Shown here: in pieces, positions 42,836-53,700 of the stretch | Position numbering within the stretch: position 1 is the stretch's first letter | How the letters are laid out: each line of letters begins with the position of its first letter | DNA from: Candidatus Staskawiczbacteria bacterium | GTDB taxonomy: Bacteria; Patescibacteriota; Minisyncoccia; Minisyncoccales; Staskawiczbacteraceae | Reading direction: 5' to 3' | NCBI GenBank assembly: GCA_963761865.1 | Contig: CAVXIE010000003.1 | Location: 127,960-191,959, forward strand | DNA: 64,000 nucleotides | Notes under the pieces: model-generated | Databases searched by the model: none | What the model was told of the DNA's origin: nothing | What the model saw: the letters and a program-made list of their open reading frames with translations, nothing else | Made by a program: the position numbers and the translations under genes

Positions 42836-43102
42836 ATGAATATTAAAATTGTTAAAAATAAATATATTAATGCATTGTTTTTATTGATGCTTCTTTCGGC
42901 AATAGTTCATATGCTGATCCTTTTCTATTTTACTATTTTGTCAGGTAATATATATATATTGAATTACTTTAATATATTAAGCTTTGGTTTATTTTATCGT
43001 AATATATTTAACAGTCTTAGCGGTAATATTTTTTCACTTATATTTGTGGCTGTTTTGTATCTTGTAATTTTAAAATCAAATAAGTCTGAACCAAACAAAT
43101 AA
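42836..43102 (+). CDS. Small membrane protein (88 aa)
   Basis: Three hydrophobic segments. Its position suggests translational coupling to the downstream GT2 gene, with a 1-nt gap between them. Confidence 0.4.
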   Translation: MNIKIVKNKYINALFLLMLLSAIVHMLILFYFTILSGNIYILNYFNILSFGLFYRNIFNSLSGNIFSLIFVAVLYLVILKSNKSEPNK

Positions 43103-43103
43103 A

Positions 43104-43808
43104 ATGAAATTATCTATTATCATTCCAACCTTAAATGAGGAAAAATATTTGCCGATACTTCTAGGGTCTATAAAAAATCAAGATTTTTTAGATTACGAAA
43201 TTATTGTCGCTGACGCCGGTTCAAAAGATAAAACTATTGATATCGCAAAGAAGTACGGATGTAAAATCGTGGAAGGCGGTCTTTTGCCCTTTGGTAGAAA
43301 TAGAGGAGCTGATGTTGCTAAGGGAGAGGTTCTGCTGTTTTTGGATGCAGATATTTTTTTACCTGCACATTTCTTAAGAAATTCATTTGAAGATTTTGAA
43401 AGAAGGAATTTAGGTATCGCGGGGTTTCCTATTTTTCCATTAAGCGATAAAATAATTGATAAATTTTGGTATAGGTTTTTTAATTTGTATTCTTGGATTT
43501 TGCATAAAATTTCTCCTCATTGTGTTGCGGCGATTATGGCGAGGAAAGAGGTGCATGAAAAAATAGGCGGATTTGACGAAAAAATAGTGTTTGTTGAAGA
43601 TTACTCTTATACTAGAGAAGCTGCAAAAGTTGCAAGGTTCGGTTTGATAAAGCAGCCCTTTTTTGTTTCTGTTAGGCGTTTTGATAAAGATGGAAGGTTT
43701 ACTATATGTTTAAAGTACGCTTTGGCTGAGCTTCACATACTTTTTATAGGACCTATAAAATCGGATATATTTAATTATAAGTTCGGACACTATGAAGATA
43801 AAAAGTAA
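43104..43808 (+). CDS. Family 2 glycosyltransferase
   Basis: LSIIIPTLNEEKYLPILLGSIKNQ, ADAGSKDKT and the LFLDADI (DxD) motif. Confidence 0.85.
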   Translation: MKLSIIIPTLNEEKYLPILLGSIKNQDFLDYEIIVADAGSKDKTIDIAKKYGCKIVEGGLLPFGRNRGADVAKGEVLLFLDADIFLPAHFLRNSFEDFERRNLGIAGFPIFPLSDKIIDKFWYRFFNLYSWILHKISPHCVAAIMARKEVHEKIGGFDEKIVFVEDYSYTREAAKVARFGLIKQPFFVSVRRFDKDGRFTICLKYALAELHILFIGPIKSDIFNYKFGHYEDKK

Positions 43809-44029
43809 TTTCGGTCTGCATCCAAAATACTTGAAATTCGTATTAAAATAATATATATAAAATTAATTATAATATTTAAACTTACTTGTCTTGCTAATAT
43901 AATTAATGCGATAAAGCACTTCGCTCCATAGCAAGCTGATAAAGGTTCGTCGCTTACGTTGGCCACAAGGTATATTATATATTTGGCCAACGACGCGATG
44001 TGATTTTATTCGCTTCGCTACATAAAATC

Positions 44030-45341
44030 ATGTATGACCTACCGCAATTTGATTTTAAAAAATTAGGCAAAAATATTCTAAAAGTTTTACAAAGTGAGAT
44101 TCTTCAGGGGTTAGTTTTAATAATTATCATTGCTGTTGCTCTTGGGTTTGCTGCGGGTAAAATTACTGTAAGTTCAGCGGAGAAACAAATCAGTGGATTA
44201 TTCCAAAAAATAGAAAATACGCTGCAAAAGCCGGCCAGTGAAAACCTTCAGCCGTCTGCAAAGTATGTTTCAAATATCTCCTATGAGCAGGCAATCATAG
44301 ATTCTGTGAAATCTGCTTCTCCGTCGGTGGTGAGCATTATAATATCTAAAAACCTGCCTGTTTACGAGCAACAGTTTGTAGATCCGTTAGGTGGCAGTGG
44401 TTTGCCTGATTTAGGATTTGGTTCTCCCTTTGATATCCAAGTTCCCGAATATGTGCAAAAAGGAACCAAAGAACAAGAGGTCGGAGCCGGGTCGGGATTC
44501 ATTGTTTCTCAAGACGGCTTGATCTTAACTAATAAGCACGTGGTTTCCGACAAGGATGCTGACTATACGGTTATAACAAATGATGGCAAAAAGTATACTG
44601 CAAAAGTGTTGGCGTTGGATCCTGTGCAGGATTTGGCAATTGTAAAAATAACCGGCGTGAATAATTTTCCGGCAATAACAATCGGTGATTCTGGCAGTAT
44701 ACAAATCGGGCAGGGGGCTATCGCAATCGGAAATGCGCTTGGGCAGTTTACCAATACGGTTTCTGTGGGGGTTGTTTCCGGTTTGGGAAGAACTATTAGC
44801 GCGTTCAGACCAGGGTGGAGATTTCTCCGAAAGCCTTGAGGGAATAATTCAAACTGATGCGGCAATAAATCCGGGGAACTCCGGCGGTCCGCTGCTTAAT
44901 TTAAAGGGAGAAGTGATAGGGATCAATACCGCAATGGCTCAAGGGGCGGAATCTATCGGTTTTGCAATTCCCATAAATATTGCCAAAAAAGATATCAGCC
45001 AGATTATAGCAACCAATAAAATTGTCTATCCGTTTTTAGGGGTAAGGTATCTGCTGGTAGATGATGTAGTCCAGCAAAAATATAATTTAACCGTTGATTA
45101 TGGCGCGATTGTTTTGAAGGGACCGAATGGCGAGGCGGCGGTGACTAAAGATTCGGCAGCTGATAAGGCCGGCATAAAAGAAAATGACGTTATTTTGGAA
45201 GTTAATGGCGAAAAAATTACACAAGATGAATCAATGGCGCAAATTATTCAAAAATATAATCCTGGAGATAAAATAACTCTTAAAATATTGCGCGACGGTA
45301 AAGAAATAAGTGCTGATGTGGTGTTGGGTTCAAGAAGCTGA
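44030..45341 (+). pseudogene. htrA: HtrA/DegP-family serine protease with PDZ domain, one frameshift near 44804
   Basis: TM anchor and trypsin-fold motifs (GSGFIVSQDGLILTNKHV; DLAIVKI; [16 protein letters not shown]) plus a PDZ domain ([16 protein letters not shown]). The His/Asp part is in 44000..44839 and the Ser/PDZ part in 44685..45341. An extra T in gcgTtcagac restores ...GRTISASDQGGDF... when removed. Confidence 0.85.
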
Positions 45342-45385
45342 AAAGTATCTTTTTCCGCATAAAGTTCTAGATTCTATGATTAAAA

Positions 45386-45413
45386 AGCAGGTACAAATTG
45401 TCCCTGCTTTTTT
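45386..45413 (+). terminator. Intrinsic terminator after htrA
   Basis: agcagg-(11 nt)-cctgct followed by a T6 run. Confidence 0.5.
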
Positions 45414-45546
45414 ATAAACCGCGATTTTTTAGTAAAGACTGTTTTTCAAATATTGTCAAATATATTGCTTGATTTACTTGGGAAAATGGTATAATATGAA
45501 ACCATAATCATTTAAATAACGTATTAAAATATAATAAAATATAACT

Positions 45547-48263
45547 ATGAACGGAGGAGCTAATTTTACCAATAAGGCGCAAGATGCTATTTTAGCGGCT
45601 CAAACAATTGCGCAGGATAAGGGGCAGCAGCAGATTGATGCGTTGCACCTGCTTTTGTCGTTACTTTCACAGGAAAATTCCATTATTTTGACTGTTTTAA
45701 ACAAATTGGGAGTTGATATTGATAATATAAAAAAGAAAACCGAGGCCGGAATATCCAAAATTTCAATCATCTTATCGCCAACAGCTTTTGGCCAGTTTTA
45801 TCTGACTCAAGATATGGCAAAGGTTTTGGAAAGAGCAAGGCAGGAAGCCATAAAAATGAACGACGAATTTATTTCTGTTGAGCATTTGTTTTTGGCTTTG
45901 TTGGACACTAAATCTGTAGCTAAAGAGATTCTGGAAAAAGTGAATTTTTTGGGATCCGGCGCTGACTTGGGAAATGTAAAATCTTCAACGTTAGATTACG
46001 ATGCGGTATTTAAAATGCTTTCGCAAATACGAGGAGGCCAGAGAATCACTGATCCCGAGCCGGAATCAAAATATCAAGTTATTGAAAAATACACAAGAAA
46101 TCTTAACGGATTTGGCGGCTTCGGGAAAAATTGATCCGATAATCGGCAGAGATAATGAAATCAGAAGGTTAATGCAGATAATTTCAAGACGAACAAAAAA
46201 TAATCCGGTGTTGATTGGAGAAGCCGGAGTTGGAAAAACAGCAATTGTTGAAGGTTTTGCCCAAAGAATTGCCAGGGGAAATGTGCCTGAATTTTTGAAA
46301 AATAAAGAAGTTATTTCTTTGGATTTGGGCGCTATTATCGCCGGAACAAAATATCGCGGCGAATTTGAAACAAGAATTAAAGGCTTTATTAAAAGAAATT
46401 AATCGCGCTGTCGGACAAATATATTTTGTTTATTGACGAATTGCATACTTTGGTTGGGGCCGGAGCTGCCGAAGGGGCAATTGATGCTTCAAATTTGTTA
46501 AAGCCTGCTTTAGCCCGAGGAGAATTGAGGGCAATTGGAGCTACAACTTTAAAAGAATATCAAAAATATATTGAAAAAGATCCGGCGTTTGAAAGAAGGT
46601 TTCAGCCAATTTATGTTCAGGAACCAACTATTGATGACGCAACTGCAATTTTGCGGGGAATTAAAGAAAAATATGAAGTTCATCATGGGGTAAAAATAAA
46701 AGATTCTGCGATTAAAGCGGCGGTTGATTAAGTTCCCGATATATTGCCGACAGATTTTTGCCGGATAAAGCGGTTGATTTAATGGACGAAGCGGCTTCTG
46801 CTTTAAGATTGGAAATTGAATCTGAGCCGCAGGAATTGAAAAATATGATGAAGAAATTACGAAGCTGGAAATTGAGAAGCAGGCTTTGAAAAAAGAAAAA
46901 GGTTCAGAGAAAAGATTGAAGGCAATTGCGAGAGAATTGGCCAATTTCAAAGAAAAAACAAAGGGATTAAGAGTAAAATGGGGAGCCGAAAAAGAACTGA
47001 TTAACGAGATAAAAGAAATAAGAGAGAAAATTGATGACTTGTCTTATCAAACTGAAATTGCCCAAAGAGAAGCGGACTTGGAAAAAGTGGCTGAAATAAA
47101 ATATGGAAAAATTCCTCAGCTTATTAAAGAGCAAAAAGCAATTGAGCAAAAACTGATAAAACTGCAAAAAGACACACATTTTTTGAAAGAAGAAGTGACT
47201 GAGGAGGATATTGCCAGAGTTGTTTCCCGTTGGACAGGAATTCCGGTAACGCGATTGATTACAGAAGAAGCGAAAAAGATTGGAAACAATGGAAGCTACT
47301 TTAAACAGGAGAGTGATCGGTCAATCAGAAGCTATCAGCGCTATTTCAAGGGCGATACGAAGGGCACGAGCCGGAATTTCAGAAGAGAATAAGCCATTGG
47401 GATCTTTCCTGTTTTTAGGGCCAACGGGAGTTGGTAAAACTGAAACTGCGCGGGCGTTGGCGGAATTTTTATTTGATGACGAAAAAGCAATGATAAGACT
47501 TGATATGTCAGAGTATATGGAGCGCCACACAGTTTCAAAAATTATCGGTTCGCCTCCAGGATATGTTGGATACGAAGAAGCCGGACAGTTAACTGAAAAA
47601 GTAAAAAGAAGACCATATTCTGTTATTTTGCTTGATGAAATTGAAAAAGCGCATCCCGATGTGTTTAATATCTTGCTGCAAATTTTTGAAGATGGGAGGT
47701 TGACTGATTCTAAAGGAAGGATGGTTTCGTTTAAAAATACAATTATTATTATGACTTCAAATTTGGGGTCTGATTATATCAATAAAATGTCGTCAATTGG
47801 ATTTAACACTAAAGAAGAGATTGCAGAACGGGAATCAATGAAAGAAAAAATATTGGATTCCTTAAAAGAACAATTCAGGCCGGAATTTTTAAACAGAATT
47901 GACGAAATAGTAATATTCAACTATTTGAAGAAAGAAGAAATTAAAAACATTGTTGATTTGGAATTATCAAAAGTGGAAAAACGCCTTGAGGCAAAAGAGA
48001 TAGGCGTAAAAGTTTCCGAAAAAGCCAAAGAATTTTTGGCAAAGGAAGGATTTGATCCAAACCTTGGGGCACGGCCGTTAAAGCGGGTGATCCAAAGATT
48101 AATTCTTGACCCGCTGTCTATCAAAATTGTCACCGGCGAAATTACGTCCGGAAACAGAGTTTTGATTGATGAAAAAGATGGCGTTGTGGTTTTTGAAGTT
48201 CCTAAATTATTACCCAGAATGCAAAACTTAAAAGAATTGGAAAAGATGTCCGCGAAAAGATAA
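45547..48263 (+). pseudogene. clpB: ClpB disaggregase (AAA+ chaperone) broken by at least five single-base indels
   Basis: Five track ORFs (45547, 46001, 46426, 46886, 47280), plus one unlisted segment, together cover a complete ClpB. The covered parts are the N-domain, NBD1 Walker [28 protein letters not shown], the middle coiled coil, NBD2 GPTGVGKTE and the sensor region. Frame switches lie near 46105, 46391-46424 (one or two), 46728, 46847 and 47279. Confidence 0.85.
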
Positions 48264-48282
48264 TGTAAATATTACAGGTAAA

Positions 48283-48314
48283 AATACATACAACAGTCTT
48301 GTGTGTATTTTTTA
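48283..48314 (+). terminator. Intrinsic terminator after clpB
   Basis: aatacataca-(7 nt)-tgtgtgtatt followed by a T run. Confidence 0.65.
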
Positions 48315-48399
48315 TAACATTTTTTCTTGTCTAGCGCTTTTATTATTGGTATAATTACAAAATTACTTTTTATTGTGTTAGTAGTTAGTTCGAACTTTT

Positions 48400-49041
48400 A
48401 TGGATGAAAATATTCTAAAAATAACTGAGGCGGTCTACAAAATTCTGGATATTATGCCGGAAGGGGACCCTTTAAAAAATAAAGCGAAAGAAAAAGCTTT
48501 ATTGATTTTAGAAAATTTAACTTTGGTCTTAGACAATTATAAATGGGTTTCTTTGAAAGATTATTTTTCTGAAGAAAAGGAAAATATTAAAATAAAAATA
48601 CTGGAGGATATAGAGATATTGGAAAATTATCTTGGAATAGGCAAATCTCAAGGATGGATACGTGGTATTAATTTTTTGATAATCGTTAAAGGATATGATG
48701 ATATAAAAAATAGCATCAAACTATCAAGAGGCTTAATAAAAAGCGGGTTGGATATTGCAATAAAAAACGAAGATAAGAAAGATAAGAAAGAAATTAAAAA
48801 AGGGATAATTAAAGAAACCAAAAGACAAGGTATCCCGGAAGATTTTTCCGAAAGACAAAAAAAGATAATAAAGATACTGTCTGATAGAGAAAAAGCTCAA
48901 GTTTCTGATATAATTAAGGAGATACCTAATATAACCAAAAGAACAATAAGAAGAGACTTAGATGATCTTATGAGAAAAGAAAGAATAACAAGAGTTGGGG
49001 AATGGAACCAGGTTTTTTATCAAATTAGCGATAGGACATAG
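48400..49041 (+). CDS. Putative transcriptional regulator: helical N-terminal domain plus C-terminal DeoR-type winged-helix HTH
   Basis: The C-terminus RQKKIIKILSDREKAQVSDIIKEIPNITKRTIRRDLDDLMRKERI fits the DeoR-type HTH pattern (xTIRRDLxxL). The N-terminal half is helical and not assigned. Confidence 0.55.
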   Translation: MDENILKITEAVYKILDIMPEGDPLKNKAKEKALLILENLTLVLDNYKWVSLKDYFSEEKENIKIKILEDIEILENYLGIGKSQGWIRGINFLIIVKGYDDIKNSIKLSRGLIKSGLDIAIKNEDKKDKKEIKKGIIKETKRQGIPEDFSERQKKIIKILSDREKAQVSDIIKEIPNITKRTIRRDLDDLMRKERITRVGEWNQVFYQISDRT

Positions 49042-49109
49042 CTCTATGTCCTATCAGGATAGGAAATGTCCTATTAACCATTGACTTTGTCCTATTTTTG
49101 TCATATAAT
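49030..49109 (+). promoter_or_regulatory. Consensus sigma70 promoter (TTGACT-17-TATAAT) preceded by and overlapping three TGTCCTAT boxes, including a 26-bp palindrome
   Basis: The palindrome is gATAGGACATAG-ct-CTATGTCCTATc (49030-49055). A second unit ATAGGA-aatg-TCCTAT lies at 49059-49074. A third TGTCCTAT (49088-49095) sits in the promoter spacer. The hexamers are -35 at 49081-49086 and -10 at 49104-49109. The boxes are spaced about 20-21 bp apart. Confidence 0.55.
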
Positions 49110-49122
49110 TCAGACTTAATTG

Positions 49123-49626
49123 ATGAATGATTACACTGAACAATTTAGCTCTATTTACGACGAATATATTGAGAAAATATATCGGTTTGTTTACTTGAAA
49201 GTTAGCTCCCGAGAAGTTGCAGAAGATATCACTTCTAAGGTTTTTTTAAAGGGTTGGGAGACTTATAATAGCTCTAAACATATTAAGAATCCAGGAGCTT
49301 TCTTGTATCAAATAGCCAGGAACAGCGTTATAGATCATTATAGGCACACGGGTAAATCTAAACTAGTCTCAATTGACAATATCCCTCAAATGGCAGACCC
49401 TGGGACAAATTTATATGAAAAGGCAGTTATAGATGCTGATATTGAGGCCGTAAGGTCGGCTATTCAAAACATCAAAAAGGATTATCAGGATGTTATAATA
49501 TGGCACTATCTGGAAGATATGCCGGCAGAACAAATAGCTGAGATTTTGCATAAGCCGGTTGGGACAATAAGGGTCATGATTCATCGGGGACTAAACTCTA
49601 TTAAAGACGAGCTAAAGGAAGTGTAA
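49123..49626 (+). CDS. ECF-type sigma-70 family RNA polymerase sigma factor
   Basis: Region 2 (IYRFVYLKVSSREVAEDITSKVFLKGWE, RNSVIDHYR) and region 4 HTH (MPAEQIAEILHKPVGTIRVMIHRGL). Confidence 0.85.
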   Translation: MNDYTEQFSSIYDEYIEKIYRFVYLKVSSREVAEDITSKVFLKGWETYNSSKHIKNPGAFLYQIARNSVIDHYRHTGKSKLVSIDNIPQMADPGTNLYEKAVIDADIEAVRSAIQNIKKDYQDVIIWHYLEDMPAEQIAEILHKPVGTIRVMIHRGLNSIKDELKEV

Positions 49627-49656
49627 CAAATATCATAGTTATACGTCTTTATATTA

Positions 49657-50394
49657 ATGACACAAGAAAACCAAATAATTTCTAAACTCCAGACATTAAA
49701 GCAAATAAAGCCCAGACAAGAGTGGGTTATTTCGGTTAAGAGACAAATCCTGAATACTGAATTTGCTCCTGTTACTTTTGCCAATAACCCGGTTAAGAAT
49801 ATTTTATCAAACATATTCAAGCCGTCTTTCCAGAAAAATTTTGTTTATGCTTTTGCAGTCTTCTTGTTTATGATAGTTGGCGCATTTGGATTTATGAAAA
49901 TCAATTCCGGCAATTCAAATACGAAAATTGCTCAACAACCGGCGGTTGAATTAGTTGCGATAAAAAATACCGTTGAGACATTTAAAGAAACTTCTAAGAA
50001 TTTGTCCCAAGTGGCTCAGATAATAAAAACCAATCCCCAAAATATCAGTCCGACAATAAAAGAGTTGGCTGTTAACCAGGTAAAAGATGCGGCTCAGAAA
50101 TTGACTGATGCGATTAAAAGCGACCCGCAACTGGCAAAGAATGTGGCATTGGATGTTAATAATAATAAGACCTATTTGGATGTCCTTGGAGGAAATAATT
50201 TAAATGAAGTTACTGATGCATATAAAACAATTGATGAGCAATTATTAAAGGATGCAAACAGTGAGACATTAACGCCGGAAAAAAAGACGGAGTTAAACAG
50301 GATTGAAGCGGAATTCAGTAAGGGGGATGATTATTCCAGTGTATTAAGAGATTTATTGATATTAATGAATAGCGCCGGCAAAAACAGCAATTAA
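49657..50394 (+). CDS. Putative anti-sigma factor / single-pass membrane protein with helical extracytoplasmic domain (DUF5667-like)
   Basis: It lies immediately downstream of the ECF sigma gene. It has a short cytoplasmic N-terminus, one TM segment (FVYAFAVFLFMIVGAFGFM) and a helical exterior. The call rests mainly on context. Confidence 0.5.
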   Translation: MTQENQIISKLQTLKQIKPRQEWVISVKRQILNTEFAPVTFANNPVKNILSNIFKPSFQKNFVYAFAVFLFMIVGAFGFMKINSGNSNTKIAQQPAVELVAIKNTVETFKETSKNLSQVAQIIKTNPQNISPTIKELAVNQVKDAAQKLTDAIKSDPQLAKNVALDVNNNKTYLDVLGGNNLNEVTDAYKTIDEQLLKDANSETLTPEKKTELNRIEAEFSKGDDYSSVLRDLLILMNSAGKNSN

Positions 50395-50728
50395 ACAATT
50401 TTTTGTTATAGCGCTATCACGTGAGTAAATTATCAATTTGAAATATGGTGGACACTATCTAGAACGCCTTTTTCCGAAAATATGGAAAATAACGTAGGTA
50501 TGGGCGCTTTAGATAGTGTCTAAGTCGTTAAATAGATCTAATCAAATAATTCGCGGGGCGGGTTTTGAAAGATGAGGTTCGTTGTTATTACGTAAAGCCG
50601 CGAAATTTGTCAAATTAAATCTCGCTTTTGCGAGTGCCCAAAAATTTCTGGGGTTTGATTAGGTACAAAAATGGTCGACCGATGTTAATATAAAATATAA
50701 AATTAAACACAAAAAAGAATATAATAAA

Positions 50729-53700
50729 ATGAATATAAAACAAACAATTATAACAGCCACTGTCGCTTTGACTATGGTTGCAATGATTGCTCCTGTAAAT
50801 GTAGGCGCTCAAACAGCTACAATAGCGCAACTCCAGGCCATGATTGCCCAGTTGACTGCACAATTATCACAATTGTCAGGCGGATCAACAGCATCAACAA
50901 TGACACCTGGTAGCGTTCCTGCAGCATGCACGGGCATAACATTCTCAAGAAACTTGACGGTAGGATCTGTAGGTTCAGACGTAAAATGCTTACAAGCAGT
51001 TTTGAACACATCAGCTTCAACTCAGGTTGCAACAACAGGAGCAGGCTCACCTGGAATGGAAACAATGACTTTTGGTCCAAGGACTTTAGTCGCTGTTAAG
51101 AAATTCCAATCAGCCAATGGATTAACACCTGCAGCTCAGGTTGGTCCATTAACAAGAGCAAAATTGAACGCATGGTTGGGAGGATCAGTTTCACCGGTAA
51201 ATCCAGCAAATCCCGGAAATCCAGTTGTAGTTACTCCAACAGGCTCAATTTCAGCAACATTAGCCGCAGACAATCCTCCAGCAGGAGCATTAGTTTGCGG
51301 TGAAGCAAGAGGAGGATTATTGAATATCAACTTTACAGGTACTGGCACAGTTACATCGGTAACATTACAGCGTGGTGGTATTTCAACCTCAAGCACACTT
51401 ACAAACGTTTACTTATTTGATGGAAATACCCGCTTAACAAGTGGATATTCTTTCAATACCAATGGCCAGTTAATTATGAATGGTCTTAATATCGCAGTAA
51501 ACGGTTCACACGAAATTCAAGTATTAGGCGACGTCGCCTCAGGAACTTGTACTTCAACTGCTTCAAGCATTTCGGCAACATTAACAGGTTACACAGCTAA
51601 TGGCTCAACAATGAGTTCAAATGTAACCGGCAATATGCAGACAGTTGTTACAGGAAGCGGAGCTACTGCTAACTTCCCAAATGGATTAACTGCAACCCCA
51701 GCAGCAACCACAATCAACCCTGGCGCAACAAACCAGAACATTATGGTCACAAAGCCTCAGCATTGGAACACGAGCTGTTTTGCTTTCAAGTATGACAGTT
51801 AAGCAAATTGGTTCAGCCCCATCAAACACTCTTGCAAATGTAGGATTGTATGTTGACGGCGTATTAACCGGCACAGCTACTATAAATACAAGCAATCAAT
51901 ATGTATTTAGCATTTCCAGCCCGGTTACACTTTCTACAGGTTCACACTTGATAGAAGTTCACGGAGACGTAGTCGCAGGAGCAACACGAAGCTTCACTAT
52001 GTATCTTGAACAGGGATCTGATATCGCCTTGAAAGATTCACAATTAGGCATATACATTTCTCCTACTGAAACCACTTCAAGCGCAGTTTCAAACATTGTA
52101 AGTGGATTAATAACTCTTGGTGGAGTTGTCTCTGGCTCAGCTAACGTTATAGTCAATCAAGACCCTGCATTTTCTAACACCACAACATTAGTTGGCGGTT
52201 CTACAAATACAACATTGGCATCATTCAAATTCACTGCCTATGGTGAAAACACGAACGTAACAAGTTTGTCATTTATGCCACTTATTACTTTAGGATCAGA
52301 CGGCCCAGATGCATTGAATACATTAGCTAATGTCGGATTGTATGTAAATGGCGGTCAGATTGGTTCAAATCAGGCAGCTAAAAGCGGTACAACTCTTACA
52401 TTCTCAAGTCTTGGTTCACAGTTGCAAATTCCAGTTGGAACTACTGTAACTGTTTCTATTAAGGGAGATGTAGTAGCGGATTCAACAAATACTGATACCG
52501 CTGGAGCAAGCAAAAACTACTCTTCAGGTACAATTGAATTTGACGTAGCTTCAGGCGCTGCGCAGGGAGTATCTTCAGGTTCAACTTCTACTACGGGTTT
52601 CTCACAATCAGGACCAGCTCTTTCAGTATCTACGAGCAATGTTACTTTAGCGTCTGCCGCATCGTTCAATGGGTCAACAGTGACTCCAAATTCTACGGTG
52701 CAACTCGGCGCATGGACATTGCAAACAGGATCTGCTGAAGGAATTAATGTAAACACTGTTATAGTAACATTCCCAACAACAGCCACGAATGGAAACACCG
52801 CTGTAGTTAACAGCGATCTTACCAATGTTGTGCTTAAGGTAAACGGAACAGCTGTTGGTCAGCCAATTGGTAACCCAATTGTTGGCAACAACAACTTCTC
52901 TGTAACTATTCCGGTTGCAATAAACAGCTCAACAGAACTTGAGCTGTACGGTACAGTCGGTGGATCTACTTCAACTTATTACATTAAGCCTTATATAGAT
53001 ATAATGTATATGGGAAATACATCCATGTCGTCTTCAGACTACGAAGTAGTTAATAGCTTGACCTCCGCACCTTCAGGTGTCGCCGGTGTGTTAACTACAT
53101 CAGGATCAGTTACAATCGCGAACACAGGGGTAACAACTTCTACAGCTTTGACACCGCAATATGTAACAGGAAACGGTCAAACTTCTTCATCTCTTGGTAT
53201 TGCTACATTCAACGTTGTAGCAAACGCCAATGTTGGAGGAGCTGTAATACAGGATATGACCTTCTCAATCGCTGGAGTAAACACAATTCAATCTGTGACT
53301 GTTAACGGTATAACAAGATCATTATCTTCAACTGATACTACTGTAACAGTACCTAGCGTTAATATTGCTGTTCCTTCTAATGCTTCCGGAGTTAACATCC
53401 CTGTCACCGTACAATTAGTTTGTATTGGTTCGGGATGTTCTGGAACATCAAATGCCAGCATTCAGTTGAACTTGACTAAACTGACATATAACAATGGTTC
53501 ATCCATCGCATGTGTCGGAGCGTCATGTACAACACCAACCTCTGCTCTATCTTCAGCCTCAGGAAACCCTACATCTTACCTAGTTTCTACAGTACCGACA
53601 GTCTCAATGACAACCACTAACACACCTGGTTCGCTGACAATTGGAAATCAGCAGATTGGTACGTTCACTGTTTCAGCTGGTAGTACCGGTAGTATTAAAA

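Noticed and set aside
45421-45546. CtsR or CIRCE heat-shock operator upstream of clpB
   Set aside because: Only a single GTCAAA half-site (in tattgtcaaatatatt) is present. There is no direct heptad repeat for CtsR and no TTAGCACTC-N9-GAGTGCTAA inverted repeat. An extended -10 promoter (tggTATAAT, 45487-45495) is the only signal I accept.
45547-48263. Programmed ribosomal frameshifting or split-gene organisation for clpB
   Set aside because: There are five or more switches in both directions, none at a recognisable slippery heptamer with a downstream structure. Several fragments lack start codons. Decay or sequence error is far more plausible.
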